Source: Octopus vulgaris
Taxonomy: Eukaryota
Direction: 5' to 3'
Length of the DNA stretch: 64,000 nucleotides
Assembly (NCBI GenBank): GCA_951406725.2
Contig: OX597829.1
Location: forward strand, 62,001 to 126,000
Shown one piece after another: positions 54,769 through 64,000 of the stretch. Position numbers and translations under genes: made by a program. The stretch's first letter is position 1. The number at the start of each line of letters is the position of its first letter. The notes under the pieces were generated by a model. The model ran no database searches. It saw only the letters and a list, made by a program, of their open reading frames with translations, and had not been told where the DNA came from.

Positions 54769-55000
54769 GGCGGCGGGCTGGCAGAAACGTTAGCACACCG
54801 GGCGAAATGCGTAACCGTATTTCATCTGCCGTTACGTTCTGAGTTCAAATTCTGCCGAGGTCGACTTTGCCTTTCATCCTTTCGAGGTCGATTAAATAAG
54901 TACCAGTTATGCACTGGGGTCGATATAATCGACTTAATCCGTTTGTCTATCCTTGTTTGTCCCCTTTGTGTTTACTACCCTTGTGGGTAGTAAAAAAATA
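54769..55000 (+). mobile_element. SINE family B inserted into an older, opposite-strand B-like copy (54680-55137)
   Basis: GGTATATATTTTATCGA is duplicated at ~54735 and ~55001. Confidence 0.85.
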
Positions 55001-55384
55001 GGTATATATTTTATCGACTCCGAAAGGATGAAAGGAAAATCCGACCTCATCGGAATTTGAACTCATAACGTAAAGACGCACGAAATGCCGCTAAGTATTT
55101 TATCTGGCATGCTAACGATTCTACCAGCTCGCTGCCATAAGAATTTTTGTCTTCTCATGCTGCCACTTGATTTGATCATTTTTTAAATAACGGTCACATT
55201 CTTATTTATACACACACACATATATATACATACATATATGTACACACTTATATATACAAATATACATGTATAAAGACATGCATACACACACACGCGCGCA
55301 TACACCTACTCACACATACATCATTTACTATGCACTTCTCAAAAAAGAGCTACTAATAGTTTCATGTTGTAATATGGGTATATA

Positions 55385-55680
55385 TCATCGTGATCACCGT
55401 GACCGACCAGGCTATCAGATATTGTTACACATCGCTGGTCACAATGCGCTTCAAATGACGCCACCCCGCTGGCTAAGCGAGCAGGCCAACAGAAGAAAGA
55501 GTGAGAGAAAGTTTTGGCGAAAGAGTACAACAGGGATCACCACCCACGCCCTGCCGGAGCTTCGTGGAGCTTTAGGTGTTCTCGCTCAATAAACACTCAC
55601 AAAGCCCGGTCTGGGAATCGAAACCGCGATTCTACAACCGCGAGTCCGCTGCCCTAACCACTGGGCCATTGCGCCTCCAC
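55385..55680 (-). mobile_element. SINE family C
   Basis: Reverse complement of 22959-23253; A box TGGCCCAGTGG. Confidence 0.9.
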
Positions 55681-56094
55681 ATATGGGTATATATACATAT
55701 GTATATGTATATATATATGTCTGTGTGTGTGTATGTATATGTGCATATATGTATGCATGTATGTATTATATATATACTTATATATCACATATATTATATA
55801 TTATATATATTTATACATATGTACATATACATATAACAAGTAAGATGAAGATTTGGATAGAATCAGGTAATTGAAAAGGTATGCACCAGGTAGGGTTGGG
55901 TAATCTCTGTGGTTGAGGCCTATGGTTGGTGCGAGTCAAAATATTAGATATTTCGGTTCTGCGTACTGAGAAAACCAGCCCTATGAGTACTTTGTGCCTA
56001 GGAGGCTGGTCCAAATCACGCGTTACTTTGAATTGTACGTTGTTGGTATACTCTAAGGTGACTCACCAAACTACGGCCCGCGAAGATAGTTCAT

Positions 56095-57346
56095 CCGGAC
56101 AGCTCTGCCTCCCCATAAGCAAAGGAAGCATGGATACTTTGCGTATCCCCCTTGCAAGCCAAGCAAGAAGGCAAGCAACTTGATATCACCACAAACATCC
56201 CACTTGAACTCAGCGTAATTTATTTTGTCGACAAGTCCTTTGACATTATCGTAATTTTCTTTCTTCTGTATGGAATGTGCAAGAAGCAAAGAAGGATATT
56301 TATTTCCATTGTGGAGCAACATTGCTTTGAGACTTCATATTGAGCTATCTATGAACAGTCGCCATTCTGCAGAATCATGCTTGAGTCCAATAGCAGTAAA
56401 CAAACCAATCACATCTTTACAATAACACAGATCATTACTATTTTCATAGTAAATTTCAAATTCTTCATGGTGTTTCCGGTACACAGATGTCTTTCAGTCT
56501 TCCTCTAGTAGATTCCATTCCTTCAACTTTGATGAAAGAAGTTCAGCTCCTGACTTAGTAAGACCCTGATCTCTGATTAAATCATCTAGCTCACTCTGAT
56601 TTGTAAAGTGAGGCTCCGAAGTCGTTCTTGGTACGAAAGCTTCCTCCATTTCTTGGCTGCTGCTACTTGTTGACTCTTCAATTGGAATATTTTCTGGTGG
56701 TAGTGGTACTCGTAAACTGTCATCATGTGGGACAGGTGCTCTAGATGATGGTATGTCTGGATACTGAAGAGCTTGTCCTCCTTTCACTTTTCTGTACTTT
56801 GTCACATTGATCATACAAAAGTAGCAGTCATCGTGATGGTTCTTTGGCTCTCTCCATACCCTTCGAATGGCAAAAGGCATTGACGTTCCTGTACCTCTTA
56901 ACCATCTTTCCAGAGTAGATCGACAGCTTCCACATATCACATGTGGGGCCCATGGTTTGTCCTGGTCACCCATGGACATTCCGAAATAGAGTCTGTATGT
57001 TATCCACAATTTAGCACGTTTCACGATCTTATGTAATACCTGCTTTTTCCAATATAATAACCACACACATAGCCAAATGTATCTGGAGAATTTTTACACC
57101 CTCTAGTAGCCATCCTAAAAGTAACAAAACTTAGTAATTAGTCTGAAAGAGAAAATTAGACATACATTTAGTAGCGGAACATTATAACAATACCGAATAT
57201 AGAATAAGATTGAAAGTCGACAAATTGTTTTAACTGTTGATGATACACAAAAAATAATTTCCTTTTTGGAATCAGCAGAAAAAATGGATTGATAAACAAT
57301 TAAAAAAATACAATTAACAATTTTTTTTTTAAATTGTTACGTTGTG
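56095..57346 (-). mobile_element. Truncated Chapaev3-like (CMC) DNA transposon with frameshifted transposase
   Basis: ATG at 57113 (MATRGCKNSPDTFGYVCG). Motifs QDKPWAPHVICGSC, WREPKNHHDDCYFC, ELDDLIRD.GLTKSGAELL, LLHNGN, CGDIK..LLGLQGGYAKYPCFLCLW. Terminus TTA|CACAACGTAAC. Family assignment is from recalled motifs; the second TIR was not seen. Confidence 0.75.
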
Positions 57347-57377
57347 TAATAAGAACAAACGATGGATAATTGTCAAC

Positions 57378-57460
57378 TCATTACAGCTGTTTCTTACGTG
57401 GCCTTTTAATAGAATAATGAGAACATTACATCATTATAAAGGCCGTAATCGTCAGAAATA
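57378..57460 (-). ncRNA. Hammerhead-like motif with long stem II
   Basis: Minus strand reads CTGACGA-TTACGGCCTTT...AAAGGCCACGTAA-GAA-ACAGCTGT-A (palindromic stem III, GUA). Stem I is weak. Confidence 0.6.
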
Positions 57461-57540
57461 ATTTTTACAAAGCAAAAGAATATGCCCATAATACAACCAG
57501 GATGTGGCTAGAGTCTGTCGAGGCCAACTGGGAAATGGAA

Positions 57541-58640
57541 GAATGAGCATCCATTTTGGCCGTTACGTAAAGAAAAGGGTGTCATATGATATGCAAGGTT
57601 AGTGACCCGGGCTAGAAGGAGTCTGCTAGGCTAGATCATCGGTAGACTGGAGTGGGGTGTGGGAGATAATTTATAGAAGGCTTCGCATAGTGGTAAGTAA
57701 GGAGAGATAATAAAACAATTAAGGATAAAGGAAGGGGAAAAGATAAAAGGGCTGAAGGGAAAATAAAACCTAAAAGTAAAAGAAAAATTAAAGAATATAA
57801 GCCAGTCAGGTAAAGGGTCAGGGTATAGAGATCACTAGCTAATGGTAAAAGACCAGCGGAGGGAGACAGAAATATATATTTCTTTATTACCCACAAGGGG
57901 CTAAACACAGAGAGGACAAACAAGGACAGACAAACGGATTAAGGCGATTACATCGACCCCAGTACGTAACTGGTACGTAATTTATCGACCCCAAAAGGGT
58001 GAAAGGCAAAGTCGACCTCGGCGGAATTTGAACTCTGAACGTAACGACAGACGAAATACTGCTAAGCATTTCGCCCGGCGCGCTAACGATTCTATTCTGT
58101 GGATTAAAGTTGAAAGTAGGAGGGTGTGTTTTTTGGCTATCGAAAATCAAACTTTTAACGGAAATGAAAATTCTAGTAAAGAATAGTGTTACCTAGTGGT
58201 AAGAAGTTTAATGAGGGAAGGGGTTATTATATATAATGAACTACGACCTGGCACGAAGTTAGAGGAAAATAGCTGATCGGATATGACGGAAGGCCGGCGG
58301 TATGGAGTATTCTAAAGAATAACTATGGAATGTAACATGGGTGGCGATGAATAGGAACGTATTAACACTTTAGTGTGAAAATAGGTGAAACTATTGAAAA
58401 TAGTGGGCAAGGGTTTGGATAGTGTGTCCCATCTACTATATAAAGCCCTGGTCAAAAACTGTATGTTGGTGTAAGGAGTACATAGCTCGTAGAAAAGGAA
58501 ACGTACTGTAACTCCCACACACCACTCCAGCTTACGTATGATCTAGCTTAGCTGACTCTTTCTAGTCCGGGTCCCTGATCTTAGCATATTATATTACACT
58601 CTTTTTTTTTTACCTAAACAGCCAAAATAGCTGCTCATTT
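57541..58640. repeat. Old ~125-bp imperfect inverted repeat pair
   Basis: 57541-57667 aligns by eye with the reverse complement of 58511-58640 (e.g. GACCCGGRCTAGAARGAGTC..CTAGATCAT..CTGGAGTGG). Confidence 0.7.
57874..58092 (-). mobile_element. SINE family B
   Basis: Homology to family B. Confidence 0.88.
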
Positions 58641-59989
58641 ATATTACATGCCATGTGTCTCGAAATAATCTTTCAGGCCCAGTGCATTTCGTTAGACCTA
58701 TTTGGAAACTAGGACGCTGGTTTATGTGAAAGCATTAAAAAAAAAAGAGAAGAGAAAAAGCTTTATGCTGTAAGTGAATCTAGAAGAAAGAAGAGAGAAG
58801 TAAGGAATGGTGGATAAAAATTTCTTTTTAGACCCAAGAATTCCACCATACAACTTAATTCCAGATCCGAAATCTTTAGCATATGCAAGCACATGGACAA
58901 GTTTCTTTTGTTGAACTGGAGGACATCAACTGCTCCGGATTGAATAGGTAAATCACAAACCTTGGCTCCCTGCCCTTTATATTATTCTACACTAGCTAGT
59001 TCTATTCTGATTTCTAAAGATGAAAAGGACGAAGATTGTAGTTTCTTCTCTTTTCTTTCTCTTCGTTTCATTTATTGTATCAACTTTCTTCCTGTTTTTT
59101 CTAATGTTTTCTCCTGATTTCCAAATAGAGCAACGGCATAAGCTGAACCTGGAAGATTACTTCAAGAGACATGGCATGTTATATGAATCTGACAAACTAT
59201 TGTATCTCTACAACATGGAACTATTAGTGGCTGTCTTTTAGATTATCAATATTAAATGATATTTGTCTCTCACTGGATGCGGTACTTTTTAGTTGAAATC
59301 TACTTACAACAAAACAATAATCTATACACATAACATACATACGTGCTTACATGCATGCACACATATATACGTAAATTCATACATACATGCATACATACAT
59401 ACATGCGTACATACGTACGTTATTCGCGCGTATATACATACACACACATATTCATATATACATAAATATATCACGATCACGTGACCGTCCAGGGTATCAG
59501 ATGTTGTTACACTTCGCTGGTCACAATGCATTTTTGGCGAGCAGACCAACATTCCCCACTGATCGAAAGGGTTGTGGAGCTGGAGTAACGTGAATGAAAT
59601 GTTTTGCTCAAGAACACAACACGCCGCCCAATTAGGGAATCGAACCTTCGATCTCATTTGGGCACGCACTTCCCCACCCACACACGATCGACTAAAACGC
59701 TTGAAACTTTACCCCAGTCCGCAATCCAATAACCCAAACCAATTTCTGTCGTTTTCCAGCTCCCTTGAAGTTAGCTGAATTATTCTTAAACACCTAAACC
59801 ATTTTAAAACCTAACTCGACTGGCATTTCACCTCGTTTCCTTCATAGAGAAAAAGAAATAGCAAAATGCGTATATTCTGTACTTCTCTACGTTTCGATTT
59901 CAGTTTCAAACTTCCAAACCTGTTTTAACTTTAGCTTCCAGAGATTGTCTCTCCTGTGCGATCATCAGAAGTACGCTACATTTTCTATA

Positions 59990-60520
59990 TTTTATATTTG
60001 TTTCAGTTATTAGACTGTAGCCATGCTGGGGCACCGCCTTAGATAATTCTTTAGTCGAATGAATGGACCCCAGGATTTTTTTTCTTAAGCCTAGCTCTCA
60101 TTCTATCAGTCTCTTTTGGTGCACCGCTAAGTTACGAGGACGTAAACACCAGCACCGGTTGTCAAGCGGTGGTCAGGCACAGAGACACAAACACACGCAC
60201 ACAAGCACACACACACACACACACACTCACACACACACACACTCACACACACACACATTCTCTTTCTCTCTCTCTCCCTCTCTCTCCCTCTCTCCCTCTC
60301 TCTCCCTCTCTCCCTCTCTCTCCCTCTCTCCCTCCCCTATCTCTCTCTCTCACACAAACTCACACACACATTTATATACAACGGGCTTCTTTCTGTTTCC
60401 GTCCGCTAAATTCACTCACAATGCTTTGGTTGGCCCGAGACTATAGTAGAAGACATTTGCCCGCAGTTACCACGCAGTGGGACTGAACCGAGAACCATGT
60501 GGCTGGGAAGCAATCTTACC
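59990..60520 (-). mobile_element. SINE family A with expanded internal (CA)/(CT) repeats
   Basis: Homology to family A. Confidence 0.85.
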
Positions 60521-60673
60521 TTGCATCGCTTTACCTCTAACTTACACCCTTAAAAAACAGAAATTCATTGAGCATATAAGCTTTAACCCTTTACCTATCC
60601 AAATCCTTTCCTTACGTTTATCCTAAACGTCCTTGCTTGTTTTCTAACTTTTAGTTGGCCCTTGTTTCATATG

Positions 60674-61182
60674 CAGTGGCGTAGCTAGGGTAAACCACGC
60701 CCGGGGCAAGCCGCAAAAATGCGTCCCACCCACCCCAATTACAAAATCCACGATAGTATATAGTACTTATTTATTACTAGAAATTAATGTTTTAAAGCGA
60801 TATTTTAGTAATAAATACTTCACCAGGGTTCATTTACCTGCTGGTTAGTTAGACTCAATTCTGACACACCTAACGCCCCCCTATCCACGGAACGTTCTCC
60901 TTATCTTGTAAAACCCCGGTGAAGTCAATCCTCAACCAAGTCTGTACACACATATATTTTATGAATGTTTACTTTTACGAAGACTGCTTTGACGCTATTT
61001 GTAAAAAATGTCCAGACATGAATGTAGACAGCCATCATATTGCGTTTGCCTTCAAATAACAGCATAAAGCGATATGCTGGAGATCCATCTTTACAATTTT
61101 ATAAATAGAGTTCAATTCTGCGCCCCCACTTCAATCGGCACCCAAGGCACGTGCCCCTTTGCACCCCCTAATTACGCTACTG
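60674..61182. mobile_element. hAT-type MITE with perfect 8-bp TSD
   Basis: TIRs CAGTGGCGTAGCTAGGG / CCCTAATTACGCTACTG. TSD TTCATATG at 60666-60673 and 61183-61190. Subterminal GC(G)CCC motifs. Confidence 0.88.
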
Positions 61183-62016
61183 TTCATATGTTCTGAGAAG
61201 TCAAAAAGCTTTTCTTATTATAAGTCCCAACTTACTCTGGTGGTTGAAGAAAAATTGGCAATGTGTATCATATATGGCGCATAGATACCTCAGAGATATG
61301 CGTTGTGTGTTACAGGTGAGTCACCGGACAAGCAAGGGGTTAATTTGTGTACCTGTCGAGAAGAAAGAAAACATCAACAACAACAAAAATTACATCAGTT
61401 TGAAACCTTTAATATTCCTTTGATACCAATTTAATGGACATTCTAGACAATCCAGAATGTAAATATATTAATAACTAATGTGAACACCTTTCTTTCAACA
61501 CCTTTGTATTGAAACAAATCAAGGTTGACAGAGTTTAATGTTTCAGTTGACTGGTTATCATTTTATCTTACAACAGTTCTTATTTCACGGTATTTAAGTA
61601 AAAAAAATAAGGTCATGAATACTAAAACACCTTAAATCATTTTATTTCCAACAAATTGTTAGGTCTAGTAAGTAATTTGACAGCCTCGTTTGTATAGTGT
61701 TACCTCTTTTACCTCTTTTTCCCCCCTTTTTTTTTATCTTCCACGTAGGTGGATCAACATACAGACATGTTGACCAACATATATATAGGTGTGTGTGGCG
61801 TTGGACCACAGAAGGTTGAAAACTTTAGGTGTAGACTTGGTTGAGGATTGACTTCACCGGGGTTTCACAAGATAAGGCGAACGTTCCGTGGATAGGGGGG
61901 GGGTGCGTTAGCTGTGTCAGAATTGGGTCTAACTAACAAATGGACAACTCTTGCAATAAGGATATTTTAAGAAAAACATCTATTTCTCACACATTCACTC
62001 ACTGGCTCACACACAT

Positions 62017-62071
<55 letters not shown>

Positions 62072-62074
<3 letters not shown>

Positions 62075-62330
62075 AGGCACAATGGCCCAGTGGTTAGGGC
62101 AGTGGACTCGCGGTTTCGATTCCCAGACCGGGCGTTGTGAGTGTTTATTGAGCGAACACACCTAAAAAGTTCCACGTGGCTCCGGCAGGGGGGTGGCGAT
62201 CTCTGGTGTATTCTTTTGCCACAACTTTCTCTCACTCTTTCTTCTGTTGGCCCGCTCACTTCGCCAGCGCATTGTGACCAGCGATGTGTAGTAGCAACAT
62301 TTGATAGCCTGGTCGGTCACGGTGATCACA

Positions 62331-62335
<5 letters not shown>
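62072..62335 (+). mobile_element. SINE family C (internal deletions)
   Basis: Homology to family C; flanked by (TA)n. Confidence 0.88.
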
Positions 62336-62373
<38 letters not shown>

Positions 62374-62389
62374 ATATAATATATATCTT

Positions 62390-62926
62390 GAGGCCTAGAT
62401 AGGTCTCAAGATGAACCGCAAGAAAACAAAATCCATGCGATCCGACAACGTACCAAAAGGCCGAATGGTGGTCGGCAGGACCATCCGCGCCAACCTCATC
62501 GATAGCACAGTTCTACCTGCAATGATATATGGTTGTGAAACATGGGCTACCACAAAGAGAGAAGAGCCATGGAAAGGTCAATGCTTGGAATCTCATTGAG
62601 AGAGCAGATCAGTAGCGAGATCATCAGACAGAAGTCCGGCGTGAGAGATGTCATCGTAGAGTATACACGCAGCAAGTTATAGATGGGCTGGACACGTCGC
62701 CCGGTTCACCGATAATCGGTGGACGCACGCAGTTGTGGAGTGGTACCCACGCGAGAGGAAACGACCACTCGGAAGGCCCTCCACGACGGTGGAGTTACGA
62801 TCTTAGGAGGGCGATTGGGACCACGTGGGTGAGGAAGGCGGGATCCAGTGAGGAGTGGACAGCGTGCTGTGACCAGTGGTATCAAATGGACGCCCGACGG
62901 ACTGGTCAGTCGAGGTGATCAAGGGG
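62390..62926 (+). mobile_element. RTE-clade LINE 3' fragment (frameshifted)
   Basis: GLKMNRKKTK, VLPAMIYGCETW, (A)MERSMLGISLR, RWAGHVAR..DNRWT..VVEWYPR..KRPLGRP..RW are typical of the RTE RT thumb/C-terminus. Confidence 0.88.
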
Positions 62927-63518
62927 ATAATATATATAATATATATATATCACATATATAGAATATATGTATTATATATATATATATATATTTGTGTAAC
63001 TTTGTTCGTTTTCCCGTCCTTGTTTTTGTATACATTCGCTGCTTTCTTCCAATGAATCTAATGCTCTTAGCTTAGTCTTTCCTTGGGGCTGGCCAGATTG
63101 GTGCAATCTCAAGAATAATCAGCTGAAATCGCGAAGATAATCTGGTGCTTGACTGAGGATAGAGGGCTTCGAATGACTCGTCCTTGTTATCTTTCTATAT
63201 AGATGTTTTGTTGTCCCTTTTATGTGTCTAATGAATCATAAACGGATATAGTCCTCTCCTAGTCCTCTAAGATTTGGCCCAGTGACGAAGCAAGAATATG
63301 ACATCTGGAGACAAAGGGTGCTGCACTCGCACTCTGTCGAAACTAATTTTTAGCTGAGTAGGAAACATGAAATGAAAAACCTTGCTCGAATACGCAACGC
63401 GTTGCTCAGCCCAGAAAGCGAACGCATGACCTTACGATTATGAGCCTAGCTCTCTAATCGCTAAGCCACGGTAGTGAAACCTTATATACTCCGTAAGATA
63501 TATTTATCATCAGATATA

Positions 63519-63746
63519 CGGCGAGCTGGCAGAACCGTTAGCGCGCCGGGCGAAATGCGTAGCCGTATTTCGTCTGCCGTTATGTTCTGAGTTCAAATTT
63601 CGCCGAGGTCGACTTTGCCTTTCATCCTTTCGAGGTCGATAAATAAAATACCAGTTACGCACTGGGGTCGATGTAATCGACATAATCCGTTTGTCTGTCC
63701 TTGTTTGTTTCCTCTATGTTTAGCCCCTTGTGGGTAATACGGAAAC
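63519..63746 (+). mobile_element. SINE family B with ~20-bp TSD
   Basis: AGATATATTTATCATCAGAT on both sides. Confidence 0.9.
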
Positions 63747-64000
63747 AGATATATTTATCATCAGATTCATCTTAAAATTATTACTATGGACTTCTGTGTA
63801 AGTTTGCATTTGGTCCCTAAACTCACGGAGGTTCCCAGGCAACTGGTCGGTTTGTTTATGCTCAGAAAAGCATTACTAGAGAGAATGAACCGGGAAGCAC
63901 TACTAGAGAGAGAGTGAACACTGATCGCTTCCAGTAATGAGAAACGAACCACGGACACTTAGCTTGGTCGTTGGACCACATCATATAAATCTATGATTTG

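Noticed and set aside
59878-59974. Minus-strand CTGATGA...GAAACGTA with GTACTT/AAGTAC flanks as another hammerhead
   Set aside because: Stem II does not pair next to the core and the stem I register is off by three bases. It may be a decayed copy but is not supportable.
62990-63230. TA-flanked module with GGCTG/CAGCT-GAAA as a hammerhead element
   Set aside because: No recognisable CUGANGA core or NUH site.

Overview
This is a very AT-rich, repeat-saturated animal (eukaryotic) window. The SINE families and the extreme microsatellite load point to a cephalopod, probably Octopus; this is inference from recognition, not proven. No complete host gene is visible, and almost all ORFs in the supplied track are translations of microsatellites. 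Real coding signal is all transposon-derived: a young 5'-truncated R4/Dong-type RLE LINE in a (TAA)n array (639-aa ORF), degraded R4/Dong-like, L1/Tx1-like, CR1-like and RTE-like LINE fragments, and a Chapaev3-like DNA transposase. Non-coding elements include at least four tRNA-derived SINE families, a TTAGGG-carrying MITE family with 8-bp TSDs (4 copies), a hAT-type MITE and a mariner-derived MITE. The most interesting signal is a hidden population of type-I hammerhead ribozyme motifs: about 7 recognisable, plus half-motifs. They sit in small non-coding, terminally redundant or inverted modules of about 360-540 nt, mostly lodged in (TA)n tracts (Penelope-like/retrozyme architecture). One reconstructs to a ~362-nt circularly permuted unit with a U3:A8 core variant, and one is fused behind a tRNA-like Pol III head. 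Coordinates were counted by hand and repeat boundaries are approximate.
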